Positions 8,376 to 16,325 of a DNA stretch of 64,000 bases are shown here, one piece after another. This DNA comes from an uncultured Candidatus Peribacteria bacterium (GTDB lineage: Bacteria > Patescibacteriota > Gracilibacteria > Absconditabacterales > Absconditicoccaceae). The notes beneath the pieces were generated by a model. That model did no database searches. It had not been told where the DNA came from and saw only the letters and a list, made by a program, of their open reading frames with translations. The position numbers and the translations under genes are program-made. Each line of letters starts with the position of its first letter. Position 1 is the stretch's first letter. The stretch is taken from NCBI GenBank assembly GCA_964387665.1, contig CAYLWY010000001.1, forward strand, positions 10,075 to 74,074, read 5' to 3'.

Positions 8376-9003
8376 TGACACCAGAACAACCTGGTTAAAA
8401 TTCTTCGATGGAAATATCGTGCAAGAATGGTCCTCTATGCCGGAAGGTGTAGATGGAATCCAGACGCGGGTAAACAAAAATGACAAAACAGTCTACTACC
8501 TGTCGTACGACTTCTTAGAAGCAGAAATCCTGGATGCGGAGTTACAGACTTCGGAATTCGGAGAATCTATTGTGCTTACCCTTATTGATCCAGAAGCCAC
8601 CTACAAACTAACCATTCAAGCGGCTAGTAGGTATGGGAACTCTTTCTTTTCGAGAATGCACAATATCGATTTAGACAAAGCCGTTAGGTTCTATCCATAC
8701 TCTTTTGTAGCGGAAGACGGAAAGCAGCGTACCGGAATATCCCTATCGCAAGAAGGGACTAAACTAGACTGGTGCTTCCCCAAAGGAACCGTACCGGATT
8801 TGGTAGAAAAGGTACGGGCAGGTAAGACTACGTACGATGATACTGATCGCTACAACTTCTACATTGAAGAGTACAATAAATTTGTAGCTAAGGTCAAGTC
8901 CAGGGTATCCCCCGCTAAAGTATCAGATGCTATGAATTTACCTCCAGATTTTGACGATGTGGTTATGGACGAAGAAGCCGGTGGATACGATCTGCCCTTC
9001 TAA
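8359..9003 (+). CDS. hypothetical protein with SSB-like acidic C-terminal tip
   Basis: Track ORF 8305..9003 with an in-frame ATG at 8359. The C terminus DFDDVVMDEEAGGYDLPF resembles SSB tails that end in D-(I/L)-P-F. It lies within the replication module. Confidence 0.5.
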   Translation: MLGKRNDTRTTWLKFFDGNIVQEWSSMPEGVDGIQTRVNKNDKTVYYLSYDFLEAEILDAELQTSEFGESIVLTLIDPEATYKLTIQAASRYGNSFFSRMHNIDLDKAVRFYPYSFVAEDGKQRTGISLSQEGTKLDWCFPKGTVPDLVEKVRAGKTTYDDTDRYNFYIEEYNKFVAKVKSRVSPAKVSDAMNLPPDFDDVVMDEEAGGYDLPF

Positions 9004-9032
9004 TTTTCTAACCCACAAAGCTGCTGAAAAGT

Positions 9033-9185
9033 ATGGAAGGTCATTATATAGGACTGCTATTTTATTTGTTTTTGTATCTTGCATCTATACAGTTCAAGAA
9101 TGAAAAACATACATTATGGAAGAATCGAATAGTTTATTTTAGTTTTTTCGTTCTTCCTTTTCTTATACCGTTAAATAAATCATGA
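9033..9185 (+). CDS. small two-segment hydrophobic protein, 50 aa
   Basis: The translation is MEGHYIGLLFYLFLYLASIQFKNEKHTLWKNRIVYFSFFVLPFLIPLNKS. The stop TGA 9183-9185 overlaps the primase ATG 9182 (ATGA). It is below the track cutoff. Confidence 0.4.
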   Translation: MEGHYIGLLFYLFLYLASIQFKNEKHTLWKNRIVYFSFFVLPFLIPLNKS

Positions 9186-10108
9186 AGTTATCGGCAATGA
9201 GGTTGCACTACTACGTTAGTGACGAAACAATACTGTTGTACTATTTTGGAGACTTTGAGATAGGGCAAAAATATCGTTCACCTTTTCGCCGAGATCCGAT
9301 ACCGTCTTTCATGATAGGGAATTATGAAGGCCGCCTTTTTTGGAAAGATTTTGGTTTAACAACTGCCGCGCCACTCGATGGCATTGGCTTTGTACAACAA
9401 CTAAAAGATATATCCAGAGAGGCGGCTATTTCTCTCATATGGAAAGATATAGTGCTAGGTAAGCCTGATATAAACAAAAAGCCACGTAGCTTGAATATCG
9501 GATTGCCTTACGATTTGAGGACTACTGCATTACGGGATTTTGAATTAGTCTATTGGCAAAGACATTGTATAGAGGTGCCCACTTTACGTAAGTATGGGGT
9601 TCTTGGCGTAACTGGATTATATAGACACGGTAAGTTACTATATGAATCAACTAGTGAAGAGCCTGCATATGCTTATATGTTTGGTACTGATGTATTTAAA
9701 GTATACAGACCATTATCAGAAGCTAAATTCAGGGGACAAAATAATGGTGAGGTAATAGAGGGGTATAGGCAGTTACCTAAAACGGCCCCGAAGTTAATAA
9801 TATCCTCATCGATGAAAGACACCATGGTACTAAACACGTTAGGCTACGCCGCTTGTAACCCAGGGGGTGAGGCGAACTTTAAGGCTATTGTTAGTAAAGC
9901 TAGAGAGTTAAATAACAGGTTTAGTGATATTTATATCTTATTTGATAATGACGGTCCTGGAATACGCGGGGCTTCCCGTTTGAGCCACCTTACCGGTTGG
10001 AAACCTGTATTCCTACCAAAAGAACTAGCCAAAGACCCATCTGATGTAGTGAAAAAATACGGAAATCGATTTGTAATCACAGAAACCATCAAAAAATTAA
10101 CCATTTAA
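9182..10108 (+). CDS. DnaG-like primase (TOPRIM) with degenerate zinc-finger region
   Basis: The TOPRIM DxD motif is ILFDNDGPGIRGA. The N-terminal SPFRRDPIPSFMI parallels the DnaG zinc-finger motif CPFHxExTPSF, but the Cys and His ligands are replaced. Confidence 0.7.
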   Translation: MKLSAMRLHYYVSDETILLYYFGDFEIGQKYRSPFRRDPIPSFMIGNYEGRLFWKDFGLTTAAPLDGIGFVQQLKDISREAAISLIWKDIVLGKPDINKKPRSLNIGLPYDLRTTALRDFELVYWQRHCIEVPTLRKYGVLGVTGLYRHGKLLYESTSEEPAYAYMFGTDVFKVYRPLSEAKFRGQNNGEVIEGYRQLPKTAPKLIISSSMKDTMVLNTLGYAACNPGGEANFKAIVSKARELNNRFSDIYILFDNDGPGIRGASRLSHLTGWKPVFLPKELAKDPSDVVKKYGNRFVITETIKKLTI

Positions 10109-10118
10109 ATTAATCACC

Positions 10119-10544
10119 ATGGATAAAGTATATACTCCAGAAGAGGTATTGGAGCAAGTCCAAAAGCTTATTATTCACTATAACAATAGGCGGGATAAGA
10201 TAACGGATTCGGAATTAGAAGAAACTCGAGCCTACTTGTCCGTAGGTACTTATCTTTTAGTAGAAACAAATCTCCAGCCGGCATATGCTGAGGTAACATT
10301 GGCTGAAATCAACCTAGAACGAACGGAAGGTACTTTATTTCTAAAGTACTTCCATGATTTCGAAAAGAAATACAGTGCTTCGGTGTCTATGGACTTAGCG
10401 CGAAAGGCGCTGAAAGCTGATCCCGAATACCTAGAAGCTTTGGAAGACCATAGTCGATCGAAGCAATACTCGTATCTCCTAAACAAGATACTAGACCAAG
10501 CTAATCAAGTATTAAATTCAATGTCCAAGAAAAGTCGCTTTTAA
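10119..10544 (+). CDS. hypothetical protein
   Basis: Track ORF that abuts the RNase H gene. Confidence 0.6.
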   Translation: MDKVYTPEEVLEQVQKLIIHYNNRRDKITDSELEETRAYLSVGTYLLVETNLQPAYAEVTLAEINLERTEGTLFLKYFHDFEKKYSASVSMDLARKALKADPEYLEALEDHSRSKQYSYLLNKILDQANQVLNSMSKKSRF

Positions 10545-11003
10545 ATGAATATAGACGCTTACACCGATGGTTCCTTTTCCGTAGTCACAAATGACATGGG
10601 GGTTGGGGTGGTTGTTTTTGTAGATGATAAATTCCATTCATCAATTTCTCTCTATGTTAAGAAGGGCCCAGACGGAAATTCTGCTAATTATGCAGAATAT
10701 GCCGCCGTAAAGGAACTTTTTCGTATGATTGAATTGTTACCCGAATCCACTGTTACGATCCACTCTGATTCTAAGTTGGTAGTCAACCAAATGAAAGGCT
10801 ATTGGAGGGTTGGAAATGGGGCATACGCCTCGATGGCAAAAGAAGTAAGGGATTTATACCGAAAGTGTAAGCACAAAGTTATATTCAAATGGATACCTAG
10901 GAAACAGAACGATCAGGCAGATACGCTTAGCAAAGAAGCTAGGGTGCATCAAAGTCGTATAGTGGTAGTAGGCACAGGTGCCGCATTATTCGGAACATTT
11001 TAA
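10545..11003 (+). CDS. RNase H (type 1)
   Basis: The D-E-D-D catalytic pattern is present: AYTDGS, NYAEYAA, IHSDSK and NDQADTLSK. Confidence 0.8.
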   Translation: MNIDAYTDGSFSVVTNDMGVGVVVFVDDKFHSSISLYVKKGPDGNSANYAEYAAVKELFRMIELLPESTVTIHSDSKLVVNQMKGYWRVGNGAYASMAKEVRDLYRKCKHKVIFKWIPRKQNDQADTLSKEARVHQSRIVVVGTGAALFGTF

Positions 11004-11256
11004 AAACAAGAACAGTGTGAAAGAACCAATAAATATCAAGAGCCCGAGTAAAGACAAGTTACTTATGCAATGTATTAAACAATTTCAACACTTAAGTGAA
11101 GTGTATGATACCCCAGTTTTAGAATCAACAAGAAGCTTAACTAGGGAGATCAGTAGGAGGTTAAATATTTGCCATCACGAGGGTACCTATGCAACTAAAA
11201 TAAACGCTAACGGAGATGAAGTATGCTGTAAATGTAAAAACCCCATATTAAAATGA
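10978..11256 (+). CDS. hypothetical Cys-containing protein
   Basis: Track ORF with an uncertain start (GTG 10978, GTG 11017 or ATG 11065). The C terminus carries the motif CCKCKNP. Confidence 0.5.
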   Translation: MPHYSEHFKNKNSVKEPINIKSPSKDKLLMQCIKQFQHLSEVYDTPVLESTRSLTREISRRLNICHHEGTYATKINANGDEVCCKCKNPILK

Positions 11257-11465
11257 ATGAACTTATAATAAATATGCTTGCGCAATATCTTGTAACTACG
11301 CATTACAAGTATGTCACGCTAGAGGCTAGTGGAGACGTTTACATCTGGAAAGTTAAACCAGAATATAACCGATCTAAAGGTGAGTGGGATGCCGAAGACC
11401 CGGAAGCAAGAAAAGTTGACGAGATTGAGTTCCACAAACTAATAGCCTCTCGTTCGGATTTATAA
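11253..11465 (+). CDS. hypothetical protein
   Basis: Track ORF with ATGA coupling to the upstream ORF. Confidence 0.6.
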   Translation: MNELIINMLAQYLVTTHYKYVTLEASGDVYIWKVKPEYNRSKGEWDAEDPEARKVDEIEFHKLIASRSDL

Positions 11466-11482
11466 ACTATAAAAACAAAAAC

Positions 11483-11788
11483 ATGCACTATTATTTAGAT
11501 GGAAAAAAAATCATTAAAGCAGACAATCTGGACGTATGGTTAGCCAATATCGATATGGTTCAAGTTGGTTTGCACAAAACGGACACTGTATTAGTATCGA
11601 CTCTATTTACAGGAGTTGATGCTAATCAATCCATTCTAGAATTAGAACCACTATTGTTTGAAACATTAGTAATAGGTGGACCTAAAGACGGGGAGCGATT
11701 CTTTTCAGATACTTGGGCAAACGCTGAAGATACACATAAAAGGATTTGCCGACTTGTGGGAATACCCACAAAAGACATTAATGAGTAA
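11483..11788 (+). CDS. hypothetical protein
   Basis: Track ORF whose stop overlaps the RNR ATG (ATGAGTAA). Confidence 0.6.
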   Translation: MHYYLDGKKIIKADNLDVWLANIDMVQVGLHKTDTVLVSTLFTGVDANQSILELEPLLFETLVIGGPKDGERFFSDTWANAEDTHKRICRLVGIPTKDINE

Positions 11789-14700
11789 CTTATTAAAACG
11801 CTGCATAAATATGAATGAAGGGAAAAAATTCCTAAGTGACTTAAAGTTGTATTCGGATTACCTTAAATGGGTACCCGAGAAAAACCGGTTCGAAACCTGG
11901 GAAGAGGCTTGTGAGGATGTTATAAACAACACCTACAGAAAAAAGTACCCCGACAAACGGTTAGACACTGTATTTGACTCTATCCTAGATAGTTACAAGA
12001 AGCGATTAATACTAGCTTCTCAGAGAAGTTTGCAGTATCGCAGTAAACAAATCGAAGCCCACAACGGGCGGCTGTACAATTGCTGTGTAAATTACTGTTA
12101 TTCTCCAGATGCGTTTGCTAAAGGATTCTATGTACTACTTTGTGGAGAGGGGTTAGGGGTTAACCTACACACTAAATTTGTGTCTCAACTACCTAAGCTC
12201 AAACGCCCCGTCTTAGGGACAAAGACTTTCATAGTTGAAGACTCTATTGAAGGTTGGGCCGATGCGGCTAACGCATTAATCTCCTCTTTTTGTGATACCA
12301 ACCCACCGGTTCCGGAATACCAAGGATATGGGATTAAATTTGACTTTTCCAAGATTCGGCCGAAAGGGGCTTTTATCTCCGGTGGATTTAGCGCCCCAGG
12401 GCCTGATGGACTAATTCAGTCATTAAGCAAGATAGAAAGCCTCTTACTTCGTGAAACCGCTAACGGAACGGTCGAATTCGCAGATATCGTTGCCTATGAT
12501 GTCTTTATGCACCTATCGAACGCCGTACTAAGCGGCGGAGTTAGGAGATGCCTACCCGAAGGGACTTTAGTCAAGACTACTAAAGGAAGTAAGCGGATTG
12601 AAGACATCCAGGTAGGTGATGTAATTTCCACCCCCAAAGGAGATAAACGTGTCGTGAATACGTTCTACCAAGGAGTACAGTCAACTATTAAAATCAAGCA
12701 CGTAGTTGGTGAGTTTGAATGTACTAGAAATCACCGTATGGCAGTTTTTACCCAAAAAGGTGAGTGGGAATTTAAAACTGCCGGTACTATAGAAAAAGGG
12801 GACCGCCTAGTTTGGGATAGTACTGCTTGGGCTGGAGAGGTGCAAAAGACCCCTATGCTAGATCTCTTACTTACCGTACCCGCGTCGTACTCCCGAAACA
12901 ATGGGAGGGAAACCACAATAACAAGATATCCGGATAGTACTTGTGAGATAGAGGGGTGTTTGAATATAGGTACAGGTAAAACCCGACTGGGATTGCTCTG
13001 TTCGACTCACGCGCAGAGATTATACAGATTCGGCGACCCACTACTAACCAAGGGGTGGGGTAAGCATATAAATCTACCATCAACTGTGACTGAAGATTTG
13101 GCATGGTTGGTCGGTCTTGTCCAAGGAGATGGGTACGTAAGCCTAATGCCGTCTAATAAGTCAGAGCTACAAGTAGCTAAAGGAGTACTGTCTATAGCCT
13201 TTCACGAAAAGGATACAAAAAGTATCGTTAGGGCGGAACGTATTATAGGTGAAATTTGCCCGGATTCTAAAGTTAAAATACGGAAGTCAAAAGGCGAAAA
13301 GTGCTACAAGCTAGTTGTAAGTTCTAAAAAGTTCGCAATGTGGTTGCACGCGTTCGTTAAGCAAGCGAACATCCCTCTTACAGTTCCCGAGTTTATAAAG
13401 AAATCGCCACCGCAAATAAGATCGGCTTATGTAGCGGGGTTGTTTGACGCCGATGGTTGTGATTCAATGCGCAGGTCATTTTCTTTACTTAGCTCTGTAT
13501 ACGACACCTTCTTAGAGGAGTTAATTGTCCTATGCACCACATTGGGTTTTTGTCCTAGCCTCAGAAAGGTAAGAGACGCTCAAGGTGTCTGGCAACCTCT
13601 ATACAGTTTGAGTATTGTGGGGTACGCTTTTAAAGAAAAAGCTATAGCCTTATTGGCTCAGTATTCCGAGACTTTCGTAGCGGAAAACGTAATGGCTGGA
13701 GATCTCTCCGCTATAAAGGAAGATTTTAACTCTTACCCCAATGGAGATACGGAAAAGGGGGACTCCTTTACTATACCTGTAAAAGTTCTATCTTTAGAGG
13801 AGGGGCGGACTGTACCGACTTACGATATAGAAGTTGAAGATATACACCAGTTTACTGCCAATGGGTTTGTAACGCACAATTCGGCTATGTTAGTAATGTT
13901 TGGTAAACACCAAACGGCCATGGTCGAGGCTAAAATGGGTAATTGGTTTGTAGAAAATCCACAAAGAGCCAGATCTAACAATTCAGTCATGCTAGTTCGT
14001 GGCGAATACACCCAAGAAGAGTTCGATGCTCTTCTAGGTTCCAATGACGGATTAAGTGACATTGGGTTTGTACTTGTTGATAATATCCATCAAGTAGTAA
14101 ATCCATGCCAACCCAGTTGGGCTACGGTCTTAACCCCACGCGGAATCTCAACTATCGGAGAAATCGAAGTGGGTTCTGTTATTTGGGGCGGAGACAAATG
14201 GGTAACCGTAACCAAAAAATGGTCGACGGGAGTTAAAGACGTAAACGCCTATACCACTAATGCTGGAGTATTTTATGGGACTGAGAACCACAAAGTCATA
14301 TCCGGCGGGGAGCGAGTAGAGGCTAAAGATGCCAATTCTATAGATATATCTTCAGGGCCTCTTCCTCGCCAAACTGCGCTTATACCCTCTATAGTGATGG
14401 ATGGTATTGTAATAGGTGATGGTAGTAAAAACACCCCAATGGGAGGTGTTGAGGTTCTTTTGAATATAGGGGCAAACGATGGGGATTACTTCTCCTCAGA
14501 AATAGCTCCGTTTATAGGTCCAGAAAAGCCTTGGCGAGCTGGTTTACATTCAGTAACAACATCAATTACCTACGACGAAGTTCCTAAAATTCATACCAGA
14601 ACTATTCCGGAACGTTTTGTTACTGCGGATGCAGCAACCGTGGCTTCTTTTTTACGGGGGTTGTACTCCGCCAACGGATCTATTTGTGGTAATCGAGTAA

Positions 14701-16325
14701 CGTTAAAATCTACTTCACTAGAACTAATACGTCAGGCTCAATTGATGTTGTCTTCGTTAGGGATAAGGTCGTACATAACAACCAATAAGCCCTCTACTAT
14801 AAAATGGCACAATGGGACTTATGAAAGTAGGGAATCATATGACTTGAATATCTCTTCGGATAGATCTACTTTTGCGTGGTACATAGGTTTCATTCAGCGA
14901 TATAAGCAAGAAAAACTAGAAGCTTTATGTAAGTCTGTTCGAAATGGGAAGGCCAAGCTCTCTTATGACGTAAACAGTGTGGAATATGTTTCTACCGAAG
15001 AGGTCTTTGACATTACAGTAGACTCAGATGAACATACATACTGGACAGGCGGTGTGTTGGTATCCAACTGCGCGGAGATTATGTTTAACTTCTACCATGA
15101 AATTAAAGATAAAAGCGAGGCGGTATTTCAAAAATGTAACCTAAACGAAATAAACGCAGCGGCCTGTGTCGGACCTGACGGTAAATTCAGTAAGGAAATG
15201 TTTATACTTGCGTGTAAAGACGCGGCCGCTCTAGGAACGTTCCAGGCGGGTTTTACTAGTTTTCCTTACCTAGGTAAACAAACCGAGGCAATCGTCGCAG
15301 GAGAGGCGCTCCTAGGCGTATCTATAACCGGTTGGATGGAAAGACCCGAGCTGTTTGATGCCGATTTATTGCGAGAAGGTGCTGAAGAGATTGTACGTAC
15401 CAATGCGCAAATTGCATCTGTCATCGGTATAAACCCGGCGGCTAGGACTACTTGTGTCAAACCTTCCGGAAACGCTTCGGTTGTGTTGCAGACTACTTCG
15501 GGTATTCACCCGGAACACTCGCCGAGATACTTTAGGGTAATGCAACTTAACAAAGGATCTCAGACCGCCAAGTGGTTAGAGGAGAACTACCCCAGTATGC
15601 TTGAGGAATCTGTGTGGTCGGCAACTAAGGCTGACTATGGAGTATTTGTTCCTGTAGTATCGTCTAGTTCCGCTATTTTCAAAGACTCCCTGTCTGGTGT
15701 AGAGCACTTGAAATTAATCAAACTCGTACAGGAGAACTGGGTGAAGCCTGGGAAAGTTGTAGAAAGATGTTACGATCCTTCTGGGAATCACAATACCAGT
15801 TGTACTGTGTTAATCGATTCGTACGATGAGATTGCGGAGTACATGAAAGAGCATTCAGAGGCCTTCACCGCCGTGTCTTTTTTGGCTAGGTCTGGTGATA
15901 AAGACTACAATCAAGCGCCTTTTACCTCTGTTAAGAACAGTCAAGAATTACTTGACGAATACGGCGATGGGGTTCTGTTTGCCTCCGGGCTTATCGTAGA
16001 CGGTCTGCACTACTTCGACGGTAATCTGTGGAAAGCGTGTGACCACGTAATGAATCGTAACTTACCTTTTGAAGGTAGTAGAGATAAGTGCTTACTTCAA
16101 AAAGACTGGGTTCGCCGGGCTAAGAAGTTTGCTAAGAATTATCTCAAGAACGATCTGACAAAAGCGGTGTATTGCCTAAAAGACGTACACCTTTGGCACA
16201 AGTGGCAAACAGTAAAACGCGAGTTTAAAACTGTCGACTTTAATAAAATATTAACAAAGCCAAACTACACTCTAGTATCTGATTACGCCGCCATGGCTTG
16301 CCACGGTGGTTCTTGTGAAATTTAG
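11781..16325 (+). CDS. nrdJ: ribonucleotide reductase, class II-type (NrdJ-like, monomeric size), interrupted by two inteins
   Basis: The spliced extein reads ...VVNP/CAEIMF, which is the NPC(A/G)EI thiyl-radical motif of class II. The C-terminal redox tail is ACHGGSCEI. The extein is about 749 aa once the two inteins (444 and 321 aa) are removed. No small-subunit gene lies nearby. The start ATG 11781 was chosen because it overlaps the upstream stop. Confidence 0.85.
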   Translation: MSNLLKRCINMNEGKKFLSDLKLYSDYLKWVPEKNRFETWEEACEDVINNTYRKKYPDKRLDTVFDSILDSYKKRLILASQRSLQYRSKQIEAHNGRLYNCCVNYCYSPDAFAKGFYVLLCGEGLGVNLHTKFVSQLPKLKRPVLGTKTFIVEDSIEGWADAANALISSFCDTNPPVPEYQGYGIKFDFSKIRPKGAFISGGFSAPGPDGLIQSLSKIESLLLRETANGTVEFADIVAYDVFMHLSNAVLSGGVRRCLPEGTLVKTTKGSKRIEDIQVGDVISTPKGDKRVVNTFYQGVQSTIKIKHVVGEFECTRNHRMAVFTQKGEWEFKTAGTIEKGDRLVWDSTAWAGEVQKTPMLDLLLTVPASYSRNNGRETTITRYPDSTCEIEGCLNIGTGKTRLGLLCSTHAQRLYRFGDPLLTKGWGKHINLPSTVTEDLAWLVGLVQGDGYVSLMPSNKSELQVAKGVLSIAFHEKDTKSIVRAERIIGEICPDSKVKIRKSKGEKCYKLVVSSKKFAMWLHAFVKQANIPLTVPEFIKKSPPQIRSAYVAGLFDADGCDSMRRSFSLLSSVYDTFLEELIVLCTTLGFCPSLRKVRDAQGVWQPLYSLSIVGYAFKEKAIALLAQYSETFVAENVMAGDLSAIKEDFNSYPNGDTEKGDSFTIPVKVLSLEEGRTVPTYDIEVEDIHQFTANGFVTHNSAMLVMFGKHQTAMVEAKMGNWFVENPQRARSNNSVMLVRGEYTQEEFDALLGSNDGLSDIGFVLVDNIHQVVNPCQPSWATVLTPRGISTIGEIEVGSVIWGGDKWVTVTKKWSTGVKDVNAYTTNAGVFYGTENHKVISGGERVEAKDANSIDISSGPLPRQTALIPSIVMDGIVIGDGSKNTPMGGVEVLLNIGANDGDYFSSEIAPFIGPEKPWRAGLHSVTTSITYDEVPKIHTRTIPERFVTADAATVASFLRGLYSANGSICGNRVTLKSTSLELIRQAQLMLSSLGIRSYITTNKPSTIKWHNGTYESRESYDLNISSDRSTFAWYIGFIQRYKQEKLEALCKSVRNGKAKLSYDVNSVEYVSTEEVFDITVDSDEHTYWTGGVLVSNCAEIMFNFYHEIKDKSEAVFQKCNLNEINAAACVGPDGKFSKEMFILACKDAAALGTFQAGFTSFPYLGKQTEAIVAGEALLGVSITGWMERPELFDADLLREGAEEIVRTNAQIASVIGINPAARTTCVKPSGNASVVLQTTSGIHPEHSPRYFRVMQLNKGSQTAKWLEENYPSMLEESVWSATKADYGVFVPVVSSSSAIFKDSLSGVEHLKLIKLVQENWVKPGKVVERCYDPSGNHNTSCTVLIDSYDEIAEYMKEHSEAFTAVSFLARSGDKDYNQAPFTSVKNSQELLDEYGDGVLFASGLIVDGLHYFDGNLWKACDHVMNRNLPFEGSRDKCLLQKDWVRRAKKFAKNYLKNDLTKAVYCLKDVHLWHKWQTVKREFKTVDFNKILTKPNYTLVSDYAAMACHGGSCEI
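12549..13880 (+). mobile_element. intein 1 (444 aa) with LAGLIDADG homing endonuclease
   Basis: The N-terminal junction reads GGVRR followed by the intein start CLPEGTLV. Block B is TRNH. The LAGLIDADG motifs are LVGLVQGDGYV and VAGLFDADGC. The intein ends in GFVTHN, with SAMLVMF as the downstream extein. An extra Cys/His ribbon is present (CEIEGC...LLCSTHAQRLYRFGDP). Confidence 0.85.
14106..15068 (+). mobile_element. intein 2 (321 aa) with LAGLIDADG homing endonuclease, inserted at the radical Cys codon
   Basis: The N-terminal junction reads VVNP followed by the intein start CQPSWATVLTPRG. Block B is TENH. The LAGLIDADG motifs are MDGIVIGDGS and LRGLYSANGS. The intein ends in GVLVSN, with CAEI as the downstream extein. 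The penultimate residue is Ser rather than His. Confidence 0.8.

Noticed and set aside
9004-9181. This region could be a replication origin or promoter with TATGGAAG iterons.
   Set aside because: There are only two direct copies plus one short inverted match. The region is better explained by a coupled 50-aa ORF. A promoter may still be present, but I could not find a convincing TTG / TAnnTTTG-type motif.
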